Positions 13,599-25,261 of a stretch of 64,000 bases of DNA are shown here, in pieces (position 1 is the stretch's first letter; each line of letters starts with the position of its first letter). The stretch is from the NCBI RefSeq assembly GCF_006345805.1, contig NC_043010.1, forward strand, positions 38,254,001 through 38,318,000, in the 5' to 3' direction. This stretch comes from Octopus sinensis. Lineage: Eukaryota. Under the pieces are notes generated by a model. The model had not been told where the DNA came from. It did not search any database and worked only from the letters and a program-made list of their open reading frames with translations. The position numbers and the translations under genes are program-made.

Positions 13599-13760
13599 AC
13601 AGGCTTTTTTCAGTTTCCATCTACCAAATCCACTTACAAGGCTTTGGTCGGCCCGAGGCTAAAGTAGAAGACACTTGCCCAAGGTGCCAGGCAGTGGGAC
13701 TGAATCCGGAACCATGTGGTTCGTAAGCAAGCTACTTACCACACAGCCACTCCTATGCCT
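13355..13760 (-). mobile_element. Family B SINE
   Basis: Full-length reverse-complement match. Confidence 0.92.
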
Positions 13761-14360
13761 ATGGCATGTATGCATGATAAAATTAAAAAAGAAATATATA
13801 AAAAGCTGATTTGATATTTTATTCATTTATGTATGTTCATTAGTAAATGTACTGACCAGCAGATACTTCAAATTTTGATGCATGCTTGTCAACAGCAGAC
13901 ATGCATATCTGCTTCCATAACTTAGAGAAGAAGAATGCACCACTGAAAGTAAGAGACTACAATTATTATAACCACCACCACCCCACCATTACTGCCATTG
14001 TCATCATCATAGTTAACATCATTCCTTCCTTGTAAACCATGTTTGACTGTTTCTTGTAGTTGATCCCTGTATAAAAAAACCTTGTTTTAGGAAGACATAA
14101 CCTCGGGTCTATCAGGGAACAAATGAGGGAAATATATGCACTTCATCAAAGATATACCCTGTCCCTCACTTATGATCAACCCATGGTTATAGTGAAAACC
14201 ATTGACACAGATGCCCACAGAGGTATCAAACCTGGGATCTTATGGTTGCAAAGCCAATTTTCTTAACCATTCAGTCTCATGTGTCACAGTATAAAGGACA
14301 CAGATTTATATGGAAAAGCGTTAATATATAATGTTCAGTCCTATTTTCTATAAAAGCATT

Positions 14361-14760
14361 AGCAGGAGTGGCTGTGTGGTAAGTAGCTTGCTAACCAACC
14401 ACATGGTTCCGGGTTCAGTCCCACTGCGTGGCATCTTGGGCAAGTGTCTTCTGCTATAGCCACGGGCCGACCAATGCCTTGTGAGTGGATTTGGTAGACA
14501 GAAACTGAAAGAAGCCTGTCGTATATATGTATATATATATGCATGTGTGTTTGTTTGTGTGTCTGTGTTTGTCCCCCTAGCATTGCTTGACAACCGATGC
14601 TGGTGTGTTTATGTCCCCGTCACTTAGCGGTTCGGCAAAAGAGACCGATAGCATAAGTACTGGGCTTACAAAAAAAAAGAATAAGTTCCGGGGTCGAGTT
14701 GCTCGATTAAAGGCGGTGCTCCAGCATGGCCGCAGTCAAATGACTGAAACAAGTAAAAGA
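14361..14760 (+). mobile_element. Family B SINE
   Basis: Full-length match. Confidence 0.92.
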
Positions 14761-15032
14761 GAGTAAGGGGAGCCCCAGCATGGCCACAGTCCAGTGGCTG
14801 AAATTGGTAAAAGACTAAAGGCAAATATAAGTTATAGAAAATGTTTGAACTGTGACCATAGCTATGAATTACTGTTGTTGCACCACCACCATGACCACCA
14901 ACCTGTCATCATCATTTTCATCGTCGTCATGTAGCTTCCATGATGGTTCTAGATGAGTATCACCATCATACGAGTGATGCAGTTTGCTTACAGTTTTTCG
15001 CAAGAAACATGTCTAGCCACCGAGGAGTATTA

Positions 15033-15598
15033 TCGGGTTGTCCGGAAAGTTCGTGCCGATTTATAGTAGCTTACCATTTGACTTATTTTAGAACACGGTT
15101 GAGTCCATAAAATAGGATTTGACTACACCTCCATTTAGAGCACAGTTTAAGCTATCTTTTCGTGGAAGAAGGTTTATGTTCCTATAACCTGTGTTAATTT
15201 TGTAACCCTTTAAAATGAAAGATAAGAAAGTTCATTTTCGGCACTTGATGCTTTGGGAACCAGACAAAAATTGCTGCACCTCAGCTGAGATGTGTTATCC
15301 CACCCTCTATATTCACCAGGTATTGCTCCTTCGGATTTTTACTTATTTAGGTCTCCTCAGAATAGTCTTAATGGTAAAATTTTCAATTCCTCGGATGATG
15401 TAAAAAGATACCTTGATGAATTCTTTGCCAGGAAACCACCTCAATTCTGGGAAGAGGGTATTTTCAAGTTAAAGGAAAGATGGAGACACATTGTGCAACT
15501 AAATGGTTCATATTTCGTTGATTAAAAATGTAACGGCAAGTATTTATTGACCTTTTTCTTTCCTTTAAAAATCAGCACGAACTTTCCAGACAACCCAA
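15033..15598 (+). mobile_element. Internally deleted mariner derivative (different family from the 1251 element)
   Basis: TIRs tcgggttgtccggaaagttcgtgccgattt / aaatcagcacgaactttccagacaacccaa with TA flanks; N-terminal MKDKKVHFRHLMLWE joined to C-terminal HPLYSPGIAPSDFYLF...NGSYFVD*. Confidence 0.92.
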
Positions 15599-16102
15599 TA
15601 TTTTCCATGGAGACAGGTGAAAGTTGGCGACAGCAAGGGCATCCAGCTGCAGAAAATCTGCACCATTGAATTCTGTCTGAGCTATGCAAGGATGGAAAAT
15701 GGACATTAAAATGATGATGATGGTGATGATAATGATAAAAAAGTTACATGTGTGTGTGTGGCACTAGTGTGACAAACAAAAATACATTGTGATATTGAGT
15801 TATATCCCTTGATATCAAAAAAGTAAAGCTATTTGATAAACATTGATGAACCAGAAAAAAAATACCGGCAGTGGTGTTGGTGCTCTGGTATGGCCACAAT
15901 TCAATCACTGAGAGTAGGAAATGGATAAAAGAATCTCTCTGAAATTATAAACATTGATTTGAATACAAGCATTCCTGTCGCTACCATCATCACCACAATA
16001 ACAACCATGATGACCGCAATATCAGCAACAACCACCATTGCCATAAGAATCGAAATCCAAGAAACAAAAACACATTAAAATCAAAAGGTGAAGAGGATTT
16101 AT

Positions 16103-16133
<31 letters not shown>

Positions 16134-16369
16134 GTATGTCTATATAGATGATATAGTCAATAGGAGAAAGGAAGTTCATAAATATTATTTTATTTCCTCT
16201 GTTGTTTTCATATGTGTTTGCTATGATATCACGACCTTATGGAGTTTTCTCACGTCTTTGCAACCAAGAGGATATCACATGATATCACAGTGACATATAA
16301 TATATTACATTATATCATATTATATTATATTTCTGTAAGATGTCACTTCTTTCAGCTTGCGATCAATCA

Positions 16370-16980
16370 TCTTTATCAATGGTTTCTATGGAAACAAAAA
16401 ATTATCACATGATCACAGTCACGAACGTAAGATGCTTCTCTTGGATGAGGCTGAGAGGGGATAGAAAAAAAAATACGTTTGTCATGTACATGAACCACAG
16501 TCATAAACATCAGTGTCATCAACATAAGATTGCTTATATGGGAACATTCTCATGAATATAGGATAGTTTCTCTGGGAAACGAAACCATCACATGCCCACA
16601 GTCAAATATGTATGGTGGCTTCTTTGAGAACAAAATTGTCATGTGAACACATTCATAAAAATAAGATAGTTTCTATATGAAGAAACAGTCAAGTGACAAG
16701 TAATAAAACTTTGATGGCTTCTACATGAATAATAACTATGTGGTTTATCATAAACATTAAATGGGCTTCTATGGAAACAAAGCTGTCATAAGATAAGTCA
16801 TAAATGCAAGATGGTTTCTATGAGTAGTGGAGTGGGAGGGGGGGGACAGAACTGTCATATGGTTATAAACATATGATTGTTTCCATGAGAACAGGACTGT
16901 GACAAGTTCAGTCATAAATATAAGATGGTATCTTTGAAAATAGAAATGTCAATGTGAGAAAATGGCTTCTATGGGAATAT
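16370..16980 (+). repeat. Degenerate minisatellite (typical spacing ~48 bp), ~12 units
   Basis: Recurrent atggtttctatgg(g)aaca...gtcataaa motif. Confidence 0.75.
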
Positions 16981-17017
16981 GATTGTTAAACGACCATCTT
17001 TTGTCTTTTTTTCTTTC

Positions 17018-17390
17018 CACTTGTTTCAGTCATTTGATTCTGCCCATGCTGGGGCACCACCTTGAAAGGTTTTAGTTGAATGAATTGACCCCCAGGACAT
17101 TTTTACTTTTTTATATTTTTTAAAGTTTTGTACTTATTCTATCAATCTCTTTTTTTTTTTTTTGCAAAAATTCCTAAGTCATGGGGACGTGAACAAACCA
17201 ATACCAGTTATCAAGTAGTGGTGGGGAACAAACACAAAATAAAAACACACATATAATGTATATATGATGACATCTTTGATCTTCCATACCAAATCCATTG
17301 ACAAGGCTTTGGTCAGTCTAGGGTGAAAGCAGAAGACACTTGCCCAAGGTGCCATGCGGTTGGGAAGCAACCTTCTTATCACACAGCTAC
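17018..17390 (-). mobile_element. Degenerate family B SINE
   Basis: cttgtttcagtcattt ... agaagacacttgcccaaggtgcc. Confidence 0.8.
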
Positions 17391-17986
17391 ATACAGTCTC
17401 TATGGAAACTGTTGTCACCTGATCAGTCATAAAAGTAACAGATAGAAAAATGGACACGAAGCTATTGCATATGAAAAAATTGTTGTTTTCCCCATTTTTC
17501 TAAATGTTACAGACATGTTTACAAGTGCCAAACTGTAGTACCGTTTTTTTAATATTTTTATTTCTTTTCCTTTTTAGCAGAGAAGAGGGGTACATCTGTT
17601 TGTGCCATGGAGATAATATACTTCAACCCAACATATTCATTAGTTCTTTATGAGTTCTCTTAAATTTCACCTCAGTGTTTCTGGTCAAGTCTCAGCACTC
17701 CTTTTTGGTTTGTTGTGTTCTTTCAATCTTTGATATGACAATTAAAAAAAATCAATATGCTTTAATACTGATAGTAGAGTAGTTTATCATTGTTTAGTTC
17801 CCAGATCAGCCATATCAAATAGTCTTATGATGATACACATTCCAGCTGTGACCATCATGTCATTTTTTTTTTTTTTGTTTTCATTTTTTGATGTGGCCTT
17901 CATCTAAGATGGCAAGGTATGATTTGAGGGATATTTGGCTATTATTCATAGGTGGTCAAACAGTCCTGCAGACATTTTCTTTTTAA

Positions 17987-18203
17987 CCCTTTTGATACCA
18001 ACCCACCTGAGACTACCCCCTCCTGGTTCTATAATACAAATGTCTTGCTTTAAAATTAAAACCTTTCATTAAAATTTCTAGTTAATTTATGTTCCATACA
18101 CCAGCTTAATAATGACAAAAGTTATTCGTTAAATTCTCCATCATTTTCAAAATTACTTGAAACAAAGACAGTAAAGTTTAACAAAAATTTGGTAAGAAAA
18201 GGG
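17987..18203. mobile_element. piggyBac-type MITE (TTAA|CCC...GGG|TTAA)
   Basis: ttaa-cccttttgatacca ... tggtaagaaaaggg-ttaa; homologous to 22815-23034. Confidence 0.8.
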
Positions 18204-18897
18204 TTAAACCAATGCTGTCCAGTTACTGACCATTAGTAAACAGAGTGAATCCTAGTGTAGATGCTTTGTCAATCACTAAAAGAAAGAGCAAATCCTTTAG
18301 ATTCCTGATGAATATTTCAAGTGACAGATCTTGTAATTGATCAAACTGGAATTTTTTTTCGGTTTGTATCTGGGTCTCAGTCAGCATAAATTATCCCCCT
18401 GTTCTTCTTTTGAAGGGTTTTCAAGATTGGTGGAATGAAGGGAGGGAGATAAAAACTAGAATTCAAGGATTCTCTTCAAACTTGAGACCCAAGTCAAAGG
18501 CTTGCAAAATGGTGGAATCCATTAAAAGTGACTCACAGTCATGATGACAATGTTTCCTATAGTTTTTAGTTGTCTGTCTGTACAAATATTTTACATTGTA
18601 CCATTTTTTTTTTTTACCTGTGACATCCATTTTTCCATTTGATATTTCCATACAGTTGTGAGTTGGAAGAAACTTCTTTTGTCATAATGAGGCAGTCTTT
18701 CACAGTTGGATGTCTTTTATGATGCCAACCTATGCTTATTTTTCAAGTAAGGTTTTTTTTTTATTTCACTGTTCTTCAGATGTCAAAACTGTCCAGCAAT
18801 GCCACCTTTCATTTTTATGGATGATGTAAACAAGCTCCAAGGAAGTTCATGCAAGTTCATGTATACACACACACATATATACATATATGTATATATA

Positions 18898-18979
<82 letters not shown>

Positions 18980-18989
18980 TAATATGTGT

Positions 18990-19215
18990 GAAGGCGCATA
19001 ATTTAGTGGTTAGGGTATTCAGCTCATAACCGTAAGGTCACGAGTTCAATTCCCAGGGTTGCATTGTGTCCTTGAGCAAGACACTTTAGTTCACTCTGCT
19101 CCAGTCCACTCAGCTGGCAAAAATGAGAAACCATGTCACAGACTGGCATCCCATCCAGGTGAGGAATATATACATCACAGAAACCAGGAAACTGGCGCTA
19201 TGAGTCTATATGATT
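18990..19215 (+). mobile_element. Family E tRNA-derived SINE
   Basis: gaaggcgcataatttagtggttagggtattc...gagttcaattccc...tccttgagcaagacactt. Confidence 0.82.
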
Positions 19216-20309
19216 CAAGGAGCTTTATCCTAGTTTTTTAACCAAGGACCATGTGATTGCAAAGAAAACTTCTTGACTATATTTAGGTCATGTTTACATG
19301 TGTGTGCAAATTTCTGAATCACTCCATTGGATTAAAGAGCAGTCACAAAAATACATGGGTTTGATGTTGTGTATCTGTGACAAGGCAGACAGTTTGTTGA
19401 ACTTCGCACTTCACCAAGTTGTACAGTATTTTGTACCCACAGAAGGAACTTAAACTCAGCACAGCTCGGCAATTTTACAAAGTGCCTGCCAAAGTCCTAC
19501 GGTGTTGCTGCTACATACAATGGTGAATTATTTTAAATGTATTAATAGCTCAGTGGGTTGGACCACTTGAAAGAGTTAAATGTCTTGTCCACAGATACAC
19601 ACAGCAGTAATGGTAACGAGATTCAAATAGCTGATCCCTTTTCGGCTGATTGGTTGGTTTGTTCAATATTTCTATCAATGAGATTGTCAACATTCTCCAG
19701 ATATATCTGCTGGGGGTGGGGTGGGGGGAAACCAACAAAGTTCACTCTCTTTTTGACGAGGCAGGGGATATAAAAAGTTAATTTTTGAAACGATGGTTAT
19801 AATGGAGTGAGCTGACACATCCCACATCCCACTTCCGATTTTTAGTGATATCCAATTCATATCACCTCAGAGACCCTAAAAAGTTAAGTTGACTCTTGCT
19901 TTGGCAGGATTTCAACACTGAACAATATGGTAACAAGAAAGATAGATACAATCAAACAGTTAGTCAGTCCACTGCTAACACACTGACAAGCAGAAACTTC
20001 ATTGGATGAGGTCTTCAAGATGATTTTTAAAAAATTATTATTATATATTTACCATGATTGATTAAATCGATCCTCTTGTATTATCTCTCCTGACAGTATA
20101 TCACTTGTGGTTGTTTATGTGAGGAGGGGGTTTTGATCAGTGAGGTACTAAACTAGTTATAGTAAAGCCTCCAGTTTGAAGTAATGTAATTTGGCATAAG
20201 GTCTTTACTGTGTCCACTTGTGTCAACAAAACAATAAATATACCCACAACAATAAACAGCTTCACTGTGACAATGATCCCAATTCTTGATTCCAGACGTA
20301 ATTGAATGT

Positions 20310-21653
20310 TTAAGCAATGTGTGATTCCAGATGAATCTTTAGATGAAAGTAATCGAAGAAGTCTTCACCGCAGACCTGACAATGGAAAATATTCTCCAGC
20401 GTGTGTGTTTTGATGTGTTTTTTCAACAAGCTTTTCTCGGCATACTGCTTTTCACAAATGTCACATTGGAAAGGTTTCTCCCCCGTGTGAATCCGAATGT
20501 GTCGTTTCAGGTGATAGTTGTCGGAAAACCCCTTCCCACACAACTCGCACAGGTAGGGTTTTTCCCCGGTATGCGTTCGAATGTGTCTTTTCAAGTGGAA
20601 ATTTTCAGAAAAGGTTTTCTCACATACTTTGCATTGCAAATTCTTCTCTCTCAGATGCATTCTCATGTGACCCTGCAAGTGGAAGTTTTGAACAAATTCT
20701 TTGTCGCAAATCTGACAAGTGAATGGTTTCTCCCCGCTGTGGATCCTCATGTGCCCTTTCAGCTGGAAATTCTGAGCAAATTCTTTGCCACACATATCAC
20801 AAACAAAAGGCTTTTCACCTGTATGTCTCCTCATGTGTATCTCCAAATTATTTTTCTGCAGAAAATCTTTGCCGCAGACTTCGCAGTGGAACTGCTTCAC
20901 AGCTGTGTGTCTTCGGACATGTTTCCTCAGGAAACTCTTCGAAGCAAACCCTTTCCCGCAAATGTCACAGGTAAAAGGTTTATCACCAGTATGCGATTTG
21001 TTATGGACTTCTAAGCTGGATTTATGAGAAAAGTCTTTCCCACAGATATCACAGTGAAAGGGTTTCACGCCTGAATGCGTTCTACAATGCATTTCCAATA
21101 AAGATTTAATAGAAAAACTCTTTCCACAAACTCCACAAGGAAAAGGCTTCACACCTAAATGAGTTTTGATGTGTCTCGTTAAATGAGATTTATTATAAAA
21201 TTTCTTATCACACTTTTCACAGCCAAAAGGTTTATCCCCCGTGTGTGTCCTGATGTGTGTAACTAGCTGAGGTTTCGTTGTAAAGTCTTTACTACAAATA
21301 TCACAATGGTATGGTTTCAGCCCTAGATGTATAGCAATGTGTCTTTTCAAGTGGTAATTAGTTGCAAAATCCTTGGTACACATCTTGCAACAAAATGGTT
21401 TTTCCCCATTGTGTCTCCTCACATGCATTTCAAACTGAGCTTGTACAGTAAAATTCTTGCCACATTCGTCACAATGATGAATTTTCCTGGCATTGTGAGT
21501 CTCAACATGTCTTTTAAGATGAGCATTCTTGGCATACTCCTTCCCACAAACCTCACATTGGTATGGTTTTGCCCCAGTATGCATTTTCATATGTACTCTC
21601 AAATAGATTTTCTGAGAGAATTCTTTGTGACATATTTCACATTTGGCCTGCAT
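20310..21653 (-). CDS. C2H2 zinc-finger protein, 16 tandem fingers, no effector domain (ZNF-2)
   Basis: 447-aa ORF made almost entirely of 28-aa C2H2 repeats with TGEKP-type linkers; in-frame TGA upstream of the ATG. Confidence 0.95.
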   Translation of the reverse strand: MQAKCEICHKEFSQKIYLRVHMKMHTGAKPYQCEVCGKEYAKNAHLKRHVETHNARKIHHCDECGKNFTVQAQFEMHVRRHNGEKPFCCKMCTKDFATNYHLKRHIAIHLGLKPYHCDICSKDFTTKPQLVTHIRTHTGDKPFGCEKCDKKFYNKSHLTRHIKTHLGVKPFPCGVCGKSFSIKSLLEMHCRTHSGVKPFHCDICGKDFSHKSSLEVHNKSHTGDKPFTCDICGKGFASKSFLRKHVRRHTAVKQFHCEVCGKDFLQKNNLEIHMRRHTGEKPFVCDMCGKEFAQNFQLKGHMRIHSGEKPFTCQICDKEFVQNFHLQGHMRMHLREKNLQCKVCEKTFSENFHLKRHIRTHTGEKPYLCELCGKGFSDNYHLKRHIRIHTGEKPFQCDICEKQYAEKSLLKKHIKTHTLENIFHCQVCGEDFFDYFHLKIHLESHIA

Positions 21654-22541
21654 GATGACGGGTATTTTTCAAGGTGAAAAGTATATGTAAGTATGTATGT
21701 ATATATATATACACGGTTTCCTACCTCCAGTTGTAGGAGAGGTCATATGCCCTCTGCCATTAGAGCTTGACAAGTTGTCTATAAAGCTAAGCGCTTCATG
21801 GATGCAAAACCATTGGTCACTTTATGACCAGACATACATTTAATTGCATGTAAATACATTATAGGTCTATCTTTAGAGTGTGTTTTTTTTCTTTTCAGAT
21901 ATATGATCCACTAACAATGTGTGTGTGTGTATGTATGTATGAATGGTTTAAAAGGAACAAATTTCCAGGAATGAAACAGTGATAAAAATATGTAAATAAA
22001 TAAATTTGTTCCTTTGAAGTTACTGTTGCTGTGGAAAATAGCTATGCAATGTTCTGTTTCCTCTGTGTGCAAATGCAAATATGCAACCAGCATGCAAAGG
22101 AAACAAACACATGTGCAAAAACTACATTTGTTCAAAAGTGATGCATGGCTGGTTCAAAGTGATGCATGGCTAGTTCACAGGTTCCATCCATCATCAAAAC
22201 CCTAAGGTAACATACTTTATATAATGCATGCATACTTAGATCTCTTTTCTTTCTTTTTTGCATTTATGAAATAGATGCCAAAACTATCTTAATACTTTCA
22301 GGTTTACATGCACTCAAGAATTTTGTGCAAACATATGTTTGTTGTTGCTGTTGCTGCTGGGGGCAAAATCTGCACATCATAATAATGCTGTGTGCAAAAC
22401 CGATTAAAACTTAAGAGAGGTGAGTCTGGTCAAGTGGTGCCGCCATCACAGTACTGAAGATGATAACTGCCACAAATTCCATGGAAATGTAGAGAAACTG
22501 CTATCACCACAGACTAACTGTAAGCATACCAATGCATTTAC

Positions 22542-22597
22542 CTGGTAAAAATACACCAAAATGCGGAAACTGTTTGACACCATGGAGATGGTAATTC
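22542..22597 (-). other. Candidate non-coding 5' UTR exon of ZNF-2
   Basis: cttttgtcatttattttcag|GAATTACC...TTTACCAG|gtaaat: canonical acceptor and donor bounding 56 nt. Confidence 0.45.
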
Positions 22598-22814
22598 CTG
22601 AAAATAAATGACAAAAGTATGGTATCATATTTTGAAATTAAAAATATATACTCTTCAACTAAATATATGAAACAAATGATTAATATATAATTAATATATG
22701 TAATATACATATTATACATGCAAATATATATATAAGACATTAAAATAAGGATGGATAATTATTCAGCCACAAAGATTGTTTATTACAGTCATATATACAA
22801 TATATTCTCTTTAA

Positions 22815-23034
22815 CCCTTTCGTTACCAATCCAGCTGAAACTGCCTCTGGCTCTGTAGTACAAATATCTTGTTTTCAAAAGTTTGAATTAAAATCTTCCA
22901 CCCATCCTTAGTCACAATTTATGTGCCTAACACTAGCTTAATGATATCTAAGTTATTATACTAAATTCTTTGTTATATTTAAAGTAATTGAAAGAAATAC
23001 AGAGCATCTCAACAGAAAAATGGTAACAAAACGG
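22815..23034. mobile_element. piggyBac-type MITE, second copy
   Basis: ttaa-ccctttcgttacca ... tggtaacaaaacgg-ttaa. Confidence 0.8.
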
Positions 23035-23139
23035 TTAAAACTCTATCCAAGTAGTAAGGTATCTGCCCAGATTTCATATCCTTATCCATTCACTCTATGT
23101 ATGCATGGGCCACCCTGTGTATATATATATATATATGTC

Positions 23140-23468
23140 TGAGACCCCATTCGGTCATGACACAGACCATGGGATTGCACCTAGAAAGTTACCCTCCCAG
23201 GCACAAGTCCGGGCAAGGTTGTTTATGGAAGACCAGCAGTCGCCCATGCATACCGGCCTTCCCTCTCCACGCCACCAGTGTTATCCAAATGAAAGGCAAA
23301 GGCTGATACAGCTTGGTACCAGTGACATTGCAACTCATTTCTACAGCTGAGTGAACTGGAGCAATGTGAAATAAAGTGTCTTGCTCAAGAACACAACACG
23401 CAGCCCAGTTGGGACTCGAGCTCACAACCTCACAATCGTAAGCTCAACGCTCTAACCACTGAGCCATG
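23140..23468 (-). mobile_element. Family E SINE
   Basis: gactggagcaatgtgaaataaagtgtcttgctcaagaacac...ctaaccactgagccatg. Confidence 0.8.
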
Positions 23469-23742
23469 CTGGTGTCCTCGTCCCTATGCATCACATGACC
23501 ATACCAGTGCAATCTTCTCTCTTGGCATCAGATGTGATGCGCAAGAGAGAAGACTGCACTGGTATAGGCATGTGATGCAAATGGATGAGGACAGCAGAAT
23601 AAAGAAGTGCCGATCTCTAACAGTGGAGGAAACCTGTGGAAGAGGTAGACCCAGGAACCATGTGGTTGGTAAGTAAGCTACTTACCATACAGTCACTCCT
23701 ATGCCTATGTATATATATATTTATATATATATATATATATAC

Positions 23743-24200
23743 ATCATCATCATCATTGTTTAACGTCTGCCTTACATGCTGCCATGGGTTGGACGGTTTG
23801 ACAGGAGTAGGCCAGGTAGAACCCTACACCAGACTGTGTCTGTTTTGGTAGGATTTATATATATATATATATAAAGCATCCAGGCCAACACCATGTAATA
23901 AGCACCTGTGCAGGCGTCACATACAAGCACACCTGTACTGGTGCCATATACATGAACACCCATGCTGGCACCACGTAAAAAGCAGCTAGTACACTCTGTA
24001 AAGTAGTTGGCGTTAGGAAGGGCATGCAGCCGTAGAAACCATGTCAAAACAGACAACTGGACCCCAGTGCAGCCCTCTGGTATGCCAGACTCTTGATTCA
24101 ACATTAACATTGTCTGACTCTCTGCTCAACATCAACACTCTGACCCCACTCCACTGTCCAACCCATGCCAGCATGATGATGATGATGATGAAGACGATGA
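23743..24200. mobile_element. Two family D copies in inverted orientation
   Basis: catcatcat...catgggttggacgg at ~23743-23860 and ttggcgttaggaagggc...ccaacccatgccagcatgatga at ~24005-24200. Confidence 0.78.
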
Positions 24201-25137
24201 TGATGATGATATATACGAGCTGTATCTAACCACTAGTTATTATATATACTCTAGAACGAGTCCCTGTTATACTATTAATATTGTATCAGATACTAAATAA
24301 TATCCTACGCATTATGCACGCATGTGAGCATGCATGCGTAAATAAACGCAAGCATAGTCGAAGGATTAAAAAGTGAGCCTCGGAATAATGAGGGCCGGGT
24401 TCGATCTCACTATATGGTATCTTGGGCAAGTACTGTTTACGAAACAGAGTAGAGGGAAACTGGATGGAAGTTCGTTGGATGGGATGTACTTGTAATTCAA
24501 TGGATCGACCTCGTCATACACTGACTCTACGTAAGGGAGCAAGTGTCCGCGGAATAACCAGCCACTTACACTACAATTCGATAAGCATGTAGTGCAGTTG
24601 ATGATCGAACAGCTGGAATAGTCAGCATCGAAACAGACGGAGATCCATCTGAAATGTCACGCTTCTAGCATTCATGACTCTTTTACGGATAAAAAACAGC
24701 ATCAAAATCTTTCGTAGTAAACCCTGATCTGGTCACAAAAAAAAATCTACCTTTATATATATATCATCATTATTATTATTATTTATACTACGACGGATGG
24801 CTGTAACAGCCCCCCACCGATATCCCCGAAGTTGGCACTGCACTCCGGTTAGAATTTTTCAAAAGTAATATAAAATCCCTTCCTGAATCATTTATATATT
24901 CATTAATTACTTCTCTACTTACATTTAAAATGTTTCCGTTGTATTTCCAAGTAACTTGCACAGTTCCACAGTCTGTACAGAAAAAGATAAATCTCAGAAA
25001 CATGGGAGACAACTGGCTTAACGACCTGCCCAGTTCGTTCTATTTCTCTCTCTCCCTCAAACACACTCGCATACATAACATTAATATACGGAGTGGATAT
25101 CCGAGTTACACATAACTTATATGTATGCATGAGTGTG

Positions 25138-25260
25138 TTATGTATGTGAAGGTGCGTGGTCCAGTGGTTAGGTTGTTACGATCACGAGATCGTGAGTTCG
25201 ATTCCAGGACCGGGCGGTGCATTGTGCTCTTGAGCAAAACACTTCATCTCACGTTATTCT
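25138..25260 (+). mobile_element. Family E SINE head, interrupted by a family A dimer
   Basis: gaaggtgcgtggtccagtggttagg...cttgagcaaaacactt. Confidence 0.8.
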
Positions 25261-25261
25261 C

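Noticed and set aside
20343-21014. 223-aa plus-strand ORF (and ORFs 20723, 20785, 21327, 3953)
   Set aside because: Antisense shadows of the C2H2 repeats; no independent protein features.
24790-24830. ggctgtaacagcc hairpin near gtag as a Helitron 3' end
   Set aside because: The terminus is not CTRR and there is no second copy in the window.
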